64,000 bases of DNA, from positions 10,113 through 74,112 of the forward strand of contig CALSCP010002822.1 in the NCBI GenBank assembly GCA_943704425.1, read 5' to 3'. The stretch comes from Ministeria vibrans ATCC 50519. Its lineage: Eukaryota > Protista > Filasterea. This document shows positions 34,701 to 45,094 of the stretch, in pieces. The notes beneath the pieces are model-generated. The model had not been told where the DNA came from. It did no database searches and was given only the letters and a program-made list of their open reading frames with translations. Position 1 is the first letter of the stretch. Every line of letters starts with the position of its first letter. The translations under genes and the position numbers were made by a program.

Positions 34701-37700
34701 CACTTCGATTTGACCTTGTGGCCACAGTCAAAGTGCTCGCATTACACATGGAGAACGACTGCCGTCTCATTGATGTCGTGACTCACAACGGTGACGGCGC
34801 TGCCGCTATTGCTGCGCGACATAGTGCGACAACGACTCTTGCTTGGCTGCTCAGCAGTGAATGTGGGGTGCGTTGGGATGTTCAACAGCTTTTTGAGGCG
34901 GCCTTTGATGGGGACTCGGAGAGTGTTGTTGAGTTTCTGTACGACCAGTGTGGGCTTGGTCGTGTCTTGACGAGCGACACTGTGAAGGATTTGGTGGGTC
35001 GTAAGAAGTTTACCGTTGCTGCGTGGGTCTGTACCAAGCTCAAGTTGGAGCTGACTGACTTTGCTGTGGCGACGCTCGAGTCAGTGATGGACGCCACTCT
35101 TGCTGCTCATCGTTGGTCCGACTGGCACGCAGTGCTTGCGCAGCAGTACCTCAAGAAGGCCACGGGCTTGGCGAGGGCCAAAGCGCTCGAACACGCGAAA
35201 GAGGCACTGCAGTTTGCCTTTGACGATCAACGTCGTGTGGTTGCGTTGCGCGTAATGGCTGAGCTTGAAAAATGGGAGGAGATTGTGTCTGCTGTGCGTC
35301 AAGTAATCCGTCACGTTCACGACCGTGAGATTGTACTCATGTTTGCTTGTGCTCTGTACTGGTCTGGTCAAGGGGATTCAGCGTTGTCATATTTGTGTCG
35401 CCTTCTCACCACTCCTGCTGTCGTTGACGACGTGGACTCGGTCGAGCCAGGCGATGTATCAAGTGTGCTTTCGCTTGTGTTGATTGGCCGTGCTGTCAAG
35501 ATTGGCAGCATTCCCGTGAATATGGAAGTGTTTTCGCAAGTGTTGTCGACTCTCAAGGTTCTGCCTGAGTCTTTTGCTCGTGATTGTTTGAGCTGGTTGA
35601 GTGGCCATTTGGAATCTGACCTGTCGTGGCTTGCGTGGGTACGCTCAGAGCGAATTGCCTTCTTAGCGTCCATCCGCGGATCGGATGCCGATTTCACTGC
35701 TCCGCAACTTGAGTGTGTAGAGCCTGATTCGGACTTGTGGTTGCCTCATCGGCGCGTACAACTTCGTGAACTCTCGGCTCGGTTCTGTGAACTATCGGCT
35801 CGATTGGGCATGCAGCAAACCGAAGACCATGCTCAGTTTATTGCTACGCTTGTCGAACCCATGCCATCGCCGGATTGTCTAGCAAAGATCAGTCAACTTC
35901 AGGTTCTTGATCTGTCGGGTGCCCTTGCGTCTAGTGGCGTCTTACCGGTGTGTTTGGTGGACGGCAGCCTCACGTTGCAAGTGAAAATTTTGATCCTGAG
36001 TAACAACGAGCTGGTGGTCCTGCCTGCGAAGCTGTTTCTTTCCTCAAAACAGCTTTTGCGTTTCATCGCCGATGACAACAAGCTTAAGTGTTTGCCCTCG
36101 TCCATTGCGTGCTGTTCCGACCTTGTGACACTATCTGTGGCAAACAATCGTCTTTTCACATTGCCTGAGTCTCTGTCCAAGCTCAGGTGTTTGCGTGAAG
36201 TCAACTTGAGTGGAAATGAGCCACTTCTTTCTCTCGCACGTTTGCCCAATTTGCGCGTACTTTCTCACCTAGCCGAGTCGCTTCAGATTCTGGATATGCA
36301 CGTGGAAGGTGCACCAAGGGTACCTATGCAAGACCCAAGACTGTGGTGTGCAGAGCAGGCATGCACTACTCGCTTGACTCTAAGTCGATTCGCAGAAGGT
36401 TGGGAAGAGTGTTACTCCATATCACCATGCTAATAATTTATTGAATTTTAGACGTATACCAAGCGGCCATGTTGGATCAATCGCCTTCTGCCTCCTCTGG
36501 CGTGACTGTGATTGTCGGAGGCGAGCCGGCCGCTGGCAAGACAACTTTCTTCCGTGGCATGCTTTGCAAGACATTTGTGCCTGTGCATCGCAAGACATGG
36601 TATGCGACCGTGTCGTACTGCGACCCGCTGTTGGAGGAAGCGGCGTATGTTGATGAGGAAGACTCTCTTGCGACCACGTCGCTGATTGAGCGCTCGGCGA
36701 TTCCCGGCTCCAAAGACACGTCGTGGGAGACGTCTGCGATGAGTCGAAAGATTCATGAGATAACTGTCAATCGAATCTCCAAGGAATTTGAAGTGACTGC
36801 TAGTGTGCGGTCTAGTGTGACAGAAGCAAGTGCGGCCTTGCAAGTTGAATCTCGCGAGAGATCATCGGAAAACGATCCATTGAGTTTGATGACCATTGAC
36901 ACACCAAGCGGAAGCGACTTTGATGTTGGCCCCTCCACCTTTGGTGGGGCCGGTGGAACTGGCTCGGGAGCGTCAAGTCGTCTCCCACCACTGCAGCCGC
37001 CCATTGTTCCTACGACCGCTTCTACCGATGCACCAAGCGTTGAAGTCAAGACGAGCACGGTGCAAGCAGACGTCTGTCAAGTTGTAGCGAGTTCTCGCCA
37101 TGCTGTGCTCCCTCGCATTGCCTTCGTTGACCTCGGTGGCCACAGGGAGTTCCGTGTGGTGCAGTCCATTGTCCCTTTTGCGTCGTCGCTCTATGTTGTC
37201 GTGGTTGATTTGGAGAAGATGCGCATGTCGCCAGGGGAGGTCAGATTGGAGGAGTGGCTGACCCTTTCGGCAGTGAAGCAGGCGCGAACAGTGATGATAG
37301 TTGGCACTCGTGCGAGCACGAGTGGCTACAAAGATTTTGACTTTGAAGCTGAGGCTGCTGGCAGTGATTCGTTTGAGGGCGTGCAAGAGTCTGTGCGTGA
37401 GGTACTGGAGCGACTTGGGCTGCAGTGGTGGGGTGACAAGCCAGTTTGGCCTGTGGACTACGCTACGGATCTCCGCGTTGACGAGCTGCGTGTGGAGGTG
37501 TTGCGTGCCGCCAAAGATGTTGGTGAACAGGTGCGATCGTCTACCCAGATGGCAGTGGCGATGGATGCTGTGCGTACATGTGCAGGTGGTGGTGCGTTGA
37601 GTGTGACCAAGGATGAGGTGCAGCAGTGTCTGGCATCACATCGAGTTCTCTTTCATGAGTATGTGTACGAGGCAAAGCGTGTTGGTGCTGCTTTTGTCGA

Positions 37701-40700
37701 TGCTCGACTGCCTGAGCATGTTTTTGTGGATGTGCCGTGGTTGGTGAACGCTGTGGGTTGCATGTACAGCACTGTGCTGGAGAAGGAAGTGAAGGAAGAG
37801 GAGGTTGGAGCGGCGATTTTGCATGATTTGGAGGTGTTACGCGAGCGCGGGGTGTGGACAGAGGCGTTGGTGGATTGGGCGTTGTCGCAGACTTGTTTTG
37901 ACGACGCATCATCGTTGAAGCTGCTGCTTCTGCGATGCATGGAACCTCTTCCAACTGAAAAAGTTCATGCTATGGCACCGTCTCCTCCAGAGGTTTGTGT
38001 TGGTCGTGAAGAGCAGATTGAGAAAATTCGACAGATGAAGAGCGACCGTGTCATTGCGTTGCGGGGACGAGGTGGAATGGGTGCGAGTACACTCGCTGCA
38101 CTGTATGCCGCTAAACACGCGTCGCTGTATCACTCTGTCTTGTGGGTCCGTGCCATGACTGCAACATCCATCGCTGCTTCGTTCCGTGCCTTCGTTGAGT
38201 ATACATCTCTTGTTGGGGTCAACTTGACGACGACAACTGATGCTGAAATTGCGCGCGTTGTAAACGATTGGCTCTCGCGCTCATGTGGCTGGTTGATGGT
38301 GATGGATGGGTGCGATGACCTGGCGCTGTTGAGGAAGAGCATGCTGGGAATCAGCCCGTTTGGTGGAAGATTGGTTGTTGTATCATCGAGGCTGTCGAAT
38401 GAACTGTCTGCCGAAATGCTTGGAATGGAAGTGGAGCTGGTGGAAGTGAAGGAATTTGATCTTCAGAAGGGAGTGGAGTTGATGAAGAACCGACTGGAAG
38501 CCCGGTCTGGCGAAGAAGAGGAGTTGAAGAAGATTGTTGGGCTACTGGGAGGCATGCCGTTGGCAGTGGAACTGGCAACCGGATATTTGTCAACTGTGAC
38601 ACATATGAGTGGTGCGGAGTACCACGCTCAACTGTATTCTGTGCTTCGAGAGCGGCCTGGAGAGGACGAGTGGAACTCCCGCCTTGTTTCCTCTTTTTTG
38701 CCGTGTCTGTTTTGGGTATTGGAGTCGAGAGCGACGAAGGTGATGGTGAAGAAGATATTGAGTGTGATGGCGTTCTTGGAAACCAGTTTGGTGGATGTGT
38801 CGCTGTTGCGTGCGCTTGTGATGAGGAGGTGTGTGGAAGATGGCACTAATGCATTGGATCAATTTCAGTCTGCTCTTGAGAAGCTTTGGCGTGTTGCCAT
38901 CATCTCTCGGCTGAACGAAGAGTTTATCTCAATGCATGCTTTGGTCCGAGATATGTGTCGGATTCTGATGTTTGATGATGCAGAGCAGAGGTGGGATTTT
39001 CTCAAAACAATGGGATTTTCGATTCTCGGAGAGTTGCGTGTCCTTGAAAACGAACTTTCTCCTGATAATATGGACCAGAATCGTCGTTTGGGCGAGCAAG
39101 GAATGGCGATTTTTGAGTGGTCGTGTGATGAACTAGTTGCGCTGCGGCGAAGGAATGCATCGGGGAGCGCATCAGGGGATGAAGAGCACATCGTCTCGCT
39201 CGGAATGTCTCTTCACCGGATGTGGAGTGTGACTGGGAATGCATCACGTTCACGCGAGTGCAGATCTATGTTGGATACTCTTGATATTAGACCGTATGTA
39301 TCAGACAAAATTTCACCGTGACTTTTTTTGATTGATTTCGTCCTTTTTTTTTTAGGACGAGGGCGTTTCGATCTGCTTTTTATGCAACACTGGAACGGGG
39401 CTTTGTAGAGACGCGCTCAATCAAACTGATGTGCTTTGGAAGTACGGGAGCAGGAAAATCGTCACTTCTTTGTGCCTTGCGCGGACTGCCACTGCCACAG
39501 ATGAGAGATCGTTCCGTGGCCATCCAAATGCAGCGAGTGCGAATGGTCGATCACGCACACTTGAGGGTCTTTGAGGCAGTGCCACAGGAGGAGTTTCGCA
39601 TTGCCAGTCTCATTGGTCCGCCTCGTGAAGAAGGAGACGTGCATCAGGAACCTGCGCGGGGTGCGCCAGCTGCTGGTGAAGCAGAGGCGACCCACTCAAT
39701 GTCTGAGCCAATTTCACCGACTACCGCTCAGACAGCTACTCCAAGCTTTGAGACGTGGTTTAAGAAGGCCGCTGATGGTCTCTCGACCCCCTCAGAGCGC
39801 GTCTTTCGCCCACGCGCGTCTGTCCGTCCTATATCACAGGTATTTTTGGAACCGACCCTTTCTGCGCCATCTGGTTCGATGGCTTTCACCCCTGCTTTAG
39901 CAGCAGCAGTGTGCGCTTTGCTCGAGTCTGAGTTGCAGGAAGATCGGGTTGAACTTGAGGCATTTGACTTTGCTGGTACTTTCAACAGAGCACAGCACAA
40001 GACAAGCACAATATTCATAATGTTTCTTTATATAGGCGATGAGATGTTCAACTTGCTCCCTACGCTCTTTATGGGATCCGAGTCCGCCTACATCCTCGTC
40101 TTTGACCTGTCCGTCATGAACGACGCCACACAAGCACAGCGGCAGTACGAGCACCTGTCCAAGTGGGCTTACCTGATTGCGCACCAAGTGCCGGAGACGC
40201 TCTCGTCGTACTTCCGTGTGCTCATTGTGGGTACCCATCTCGACACGTTCCCCGACGACACTGCGCCGTCCTTGCTGCTGCGCACTGTCTCGAAAGAGAT
40301 TGATCGCGTTGTGGGACCGGTGTTGGGCAACCACTTAATTCTGCCTGGGTCTGGTCGCACTTCGTTCTTCCAAGTGGGCAGCGCAAAGGGCATTGGCCTG
40401 CGCGAGCTCAGCGAGGGGATTCATGCTGCAGTGCGTCGTCGGCGATTGCCACTGGAGTATGTCTGTGCACAGGATCTGGTTGGTCGATGGTCGCGGATGG
40501 GCCGCATTGAGCTGCTGTCGTCTGTCGCTGATCTGCCGAGTGTCGTTTTGAGTGAGACCACACCGGTCATCACAGTCGGGTCGCTGGTCCCCGACGAGCA
40601 CGCACTGCGCACAGGACTGGTGCCATACCTTGAGGAGGCTGCTGATGTGTTGGTGTGTCGTGAGGACTCGAGTGCGCGAGGCGTGAGTACTTCGGACACA

Positions 40701-42563
40701 ATTGTGTTTGATGTGCCACGTTTGATTGCGGCTGTTGAGTTGTTGTGCTCGGTGGTGATGGCACAGTGGAAGCGGGCGACGAGTGATCGCGCGCTTGACA
40801 TGCTTGATCTGGTGAAGGCAGCAGGACGGCGACTGGACAACAAGAAGACGTTGAAGCTGTTTGCGGAGCTGGACGAGGCACGCCATTTCTCGGAAGAGGG
40901 ATTCCCTGTTGACGTTGCGTTGTGGCTCGTGTGGACTGCGGCGGCGCGTGAGGCGAAGGGTGAGCCGCTTTTGGCTGGTGCGGACATCTCAGACGGGCCG
41001 TCGCTCTTTTCGGCGCTTGAGCGACTGAGTCTTGTGTTCCAACACTACACTCGTCTGCTCGTGCCGATGCTTCTGCCTGAACATGCACCGTTTGTTGAGA
41101 AAGCGACAGCCGCACCAGTACAGGTAATGCTGTACCAGGTGATGAAAGACGAAGAGGACACGCGCTCCGTGCTTCCCGTGTCACTGGCGACCTTCCATCT
41201 GGTTGTGGTGGCGCTGTGGCGCGAGACGATGAATGTGTGTGCGATCCGAGCGACTCAGCGATGCACGGATGTGCTTGTGATGGACAGGTGTGCTCCGGTG
41301 CGAGTGCGTCTCAATGCGGGTGAGGATTTCATCCGTGTGGAGGTGTTTGACGATGGGGGACCACCTGAGCGAGTAGTGGCGACGTTGCATCGGGTGAGCA
41401 CGGGAGTGTGTGACCAGACGCGGAGTCTGCGGTGGGGATGGCGCGGTGTGCCTGTGCTTGTGCCCGCGAGTCCAACGAAACCATCACTGCCTCTGTTCCG
41501 ACCATTGGAGGTGGCTGCGTCACCCGAGGTGTACCGTGAAGAAGGGACGCTGGGTGCGGTGCTGCACAGCAAGGAACCGCGGGTGTGCAACGAGAAGCTT
41601 GAAGAGTGGTGGACCAAACGAGTCGGTAAGTGGCGACGAAGAGACAACATAATCCATATTTTGTCTTGTCTTCTCTCATTATTGTCAATTACTCGTGTAT
41701 TATATTTAGGTGTCACAATGTCGCGGCGGTACGTTCACGTAGCGGCATTAATTGTGGGTGTGAGTCGCTACGATTCGACAACGAATCCTCAATTGGCGGC
41801 CTTCCCTGATTTGCCTGGAGTGCGTTGGAGTGTGAGCGCACTTGCAAAGCTGTGGAAGGGACGCGGCTTTAGCGTGCAAAGTGTGACGGACACGAACACA
41901 TGCGACCAAGTGACGGGGGTGGAGATTGGGGCAGCTGCACGTCGATTGGCGCGAGATGTGGGAGATGGAGTAGGTCGAGATGCGCTGCTGATTGTGCACT
42001 TGCTGGGCCACGGGGCGGAGGACAGTCAAGGTGGTCTGCTGCTGAGTGATGCCAGCTCCTCACTCAACGGTGGCCAAACGCGATTCAACCTTGATGCGCT
42101 CAAGGGTCTGCTTTCGGCTGAGATGGGTTGGCTTGGTTGCAATATTCTGGTTGTGTGTGATTTCTGCTGGTCGGGTGCGCTGCTCAAGGCGGAGCACGAC
42201 CTGGCATTTGCGAGCCCAGTCGCTCAGTATGGGTACTCGCGCCAGCTGCTTGCCAGCTCATTGGCGGACACGAACAGTTACATGTCACACAAGCAAGTGC
42301 CATTGACCCAACCTGATGGAACTGTGGAGATGGTCTCCAAGTACACTCGTCTGACTGAGTTGCTACTGCGCGCGCTAGGACCAACAACACTGGAGGCGTT
42401 TTGCGACGGTGAAGAGCACATCACTGCGTTGGGACTACGGCAGAGACTGCGGGAGATGGACACGGCGAACACGTGCCAAGCGATGATGGTGGGGCGCATT
42501 TGGGACGATTGGCGGGGCACGCGCAACGACGGAGACATTTTGTTGTATAGGGATGGGAAGTGA
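31702..42563 (+). CDS. Giant (~3,430 aa) caspase-like-ANK-TPR-LRR-Roc-COR-NB-ARC-Roc-COR-caspase-like protein
   Basis: Predicted exons 31702-31720, 31960-33092, 33155-36398, 36452-39293, 39356-39975, 40036-41625, 41710-42563 (sum 10,302 nt, all GT-AG and in phase; exon 1 least certain). Motifs: LIGHG/ADTCTAG; ankyrin NGDGAAAIAAR..LAWLL; LRR LSNNELVVLP, VANNRLFTLP; Roc GEPAAGKT/DLGG and GSTGAGKS/DFAG/VGTHLD; NB-ARC CVGREEQI, GRGGMGAST, WLMVMDGCDD, GGMPLA, MHALV; LLGHG/CDFCWSG. Confidence 0.85.
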
Positions 42564-42847
42564 CCGTCTAAAAAGATGAGAGGTTCCGAGAGATATTTGT
42601 ACTTCACACTGTTCGATGGTAAAAAACCAACCTGTATACCCAACTCGGGTTGAATTTAAATTTTTTCAGTTTTGTCTCATGTGTGTTTCACAGCAGACAT
42701 GGCTAGATAATTTGGCTGTAACATGGTGATTGTAATACTCTTTCATGTATTTCAGCGTAAATGATACATTTCTGAGAAATCCAGAAAAACTAATCATTCG
42801 AGAACATACAGAGGAACTTTCATTTTCATAGATTCACAAACGGTATC

Positions 42848-44955
42848 TCAATCACCCTTGAGCACACGATAGAGCTCATGCAAAGTGACACCGGCAGCAG
42901 AAGTGCCCCCAATCACTCCAAATCCCACATACACAGTCATTAATAACCGCTACAGAGAAAACACGCACACAAGTCAAACACTACTCAAAAGTGACTTGCC
43001 ACTCTCGTACCTTAAAAAAAGAAGCATCTGGAAACAGTTTGACATAGAACAAGGGCGGAAGCAGAAACTGCAGAGAAGTTCCTCCAATTGCACCCACAAA
43101 ACCAGTCAACAGTCCAAAATGAGGCACAGTCGACTACACGAATGTGCAATGAGAATGAAACACAATTGTCAATACTAATTAATTTGTTATACCGCAATGA
43201 GAGAACAGAAACAGACCAGACCAAAGCGAATCAGGTTCTTTTTGGCGGTTTCCCCATACGGAGAACATCTTCCACTTGTAAACAGAGCACCGTCTACACA
43301 CGAACCGAGTGAGTGAAGAACCATACGGTAAATGAAAACAAAAGCGTTGTACCTAAAATGTCGGAGACGACAAACAATTGAACGGGAAAGGTCAAGAAAA
43401 CGCCCAGAGTGAGAGAAATGCGGGCAATAAGCTCGAGAGACGACCAAGCGGGTGTGAGAGGGACAGTTTCCGCAAACCAGTGAACACTATTAAACAAACA
43501 GAAAGAGAGAAACAGTGAGTTCGAAAACCGGGTCAAGACGGAGTATTAATTATACTTTTTCATAATTTGTTCGTCTGTGGCAACTGAACCAAACGCAGAG
43601 TACGCAACACTTCCAAAGCAGAGGTAAAAGGAAGTGGCAATCAACATACATATAATCAAAACCTATACATACAATGCGAGTGAGTGACAAAAAAAAATTT
43701 GAGGGTTTGATACCAAAGGAAATGACTTTGGGTGTTTCATTGCGGTCTGACAGGGAACGACAGTGCCGATGCCCTCAAAGGCATAGACACCCATACCAAA
43801 GGCAACGGGAAGCGACTGCCATGCAACGCCCACTGTGATAGGGGAGGGCAGGTCTGAAGGAACAGAGGGAAAAAGTGTGTGTGTGTGTGTGAGTGGAGTG
43901 ACAGTGTTTAGTGTTTGACGAGGGAGTGAGCATTCGATTGGTTGAGGAGTACGTCACTTGAGTGAGTTTTGTGAGTGAATTCCAAATTCGTACTGTCTTT
44001 CTTGTTGAGCTGCAGCTGAGCAACACTCACTGCCAACACAATGACAATCCCCAGACTCAACGCGACCATTGCAATGGCACTGGGCAGACCCAGGAAACGC
44101 AGTGTGCGGATGAATGAAAGGGCAGTCAGTGTGGGTATGAGCGCAGCAATGATCGCGAAATGAGCATATCCACTTGGCAGAATGAAGAACTCTTGTAACG
44201 ATTCCTATTACAGAAACAAATAATTAGTCTCTCTCAATCACTTCGTTTGCACTTTGTTTGTCTCTCTGTCTCTGTCTCTTATCAAAGTTGTTCTTACCGC
44301 TACAAAGACTAAGTAGACTGTACAGAACCCTAACTGGGTGAAGATGAGGACGGCATCGACTGCGCGTGATGCGCCAGTGCCGTACAAATGTTGGGCAATG
44401 TCGCTAAAGCTGACGACGAGCGGTGTGCGCTTGACGAGTTCCTAATACATGTGTGCGACGCATCAGAAGACATGCAAGCAAGAGAGCCACCCCGCCTCTC
44501 TCTCTCTCTTCACCTCTTTGACTTGGACAAGGATGAGCATGCAGTGCGTCGAGATGAGTGCAATGAGGCACATCATCACAATGCCGCCGATAAGACCACT
44601 TTCGCGGAAGGCAAACGGAAGGCCGAGAATGCCCGAGCCAACATACGACTTGAGCAAGTTGGCACCGGTGCTCCAGGCACTAGTACGGGCAGAAGGGAGA
44701 GCGAGAGAGGGAGAGAGAGAGTCAGCGATCACCGCCCGTTTCAATGATACCTCGCTGTCCCACTATGACGCTCGCCAATCGCATTCGGATCGTCGTCAAT
44801 GTCGTCGACCTCGTGCACCGCACTGCCTTGCGCCAGAAGCGACTCCCCGCTCTCGTCCTGGAGCCGTCGCTCGCGTCGAATCTGCAGCGAAACGAAACCG
44901 GTGACACTCTGCACTTCTTATCAGCGGACACCAAGCTCACCTCACGAAGCTCCAT
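42848..44955 (-). CDS. AAAP-family amino-acid transporter (SLC36/PAT, AVT3-like)
   Basis: TGANLLKSYVGSGILGLPFAFRESGL..STHCMLILV; FTQLGFCTVYLVFVA; GVYAFEGIGTVVP; multiple TM exons; ends ELYRVLKGD*. Confidence 0.9.
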
Positions 44956-45094
44956 GCAAAAGATCCCCTTTTCAACTCCTCACCACAAACAGCCCCTTTT
45001 CCCAACAAGACACGAGTTGAAAAGATCAAACGAAAAAATAATGATTTGATTTTTCATTTTTCATTTTCTTTTGAATTATCATTAATTTTTATTC

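Noticed and set aside
33200-39300. Shift from C-rich to G-rich coding strand within the giant gene as evidence of chimeric origin
   Set aside because: A similar 5' C-rich to 3' G-rich trend appears in the kinase gene, so it may be a general gene-body skew; not quantified.
32079-42563. Four-gene operon-like cluster (as the ORF track suggests)
   Set aside because: The gaps are canonical, phase-matched spliceosomal introns and domains continue across them (e.g. ..GFVETRSIKL|MCFGSTGAGKS), so a single gene is more parsimonious.
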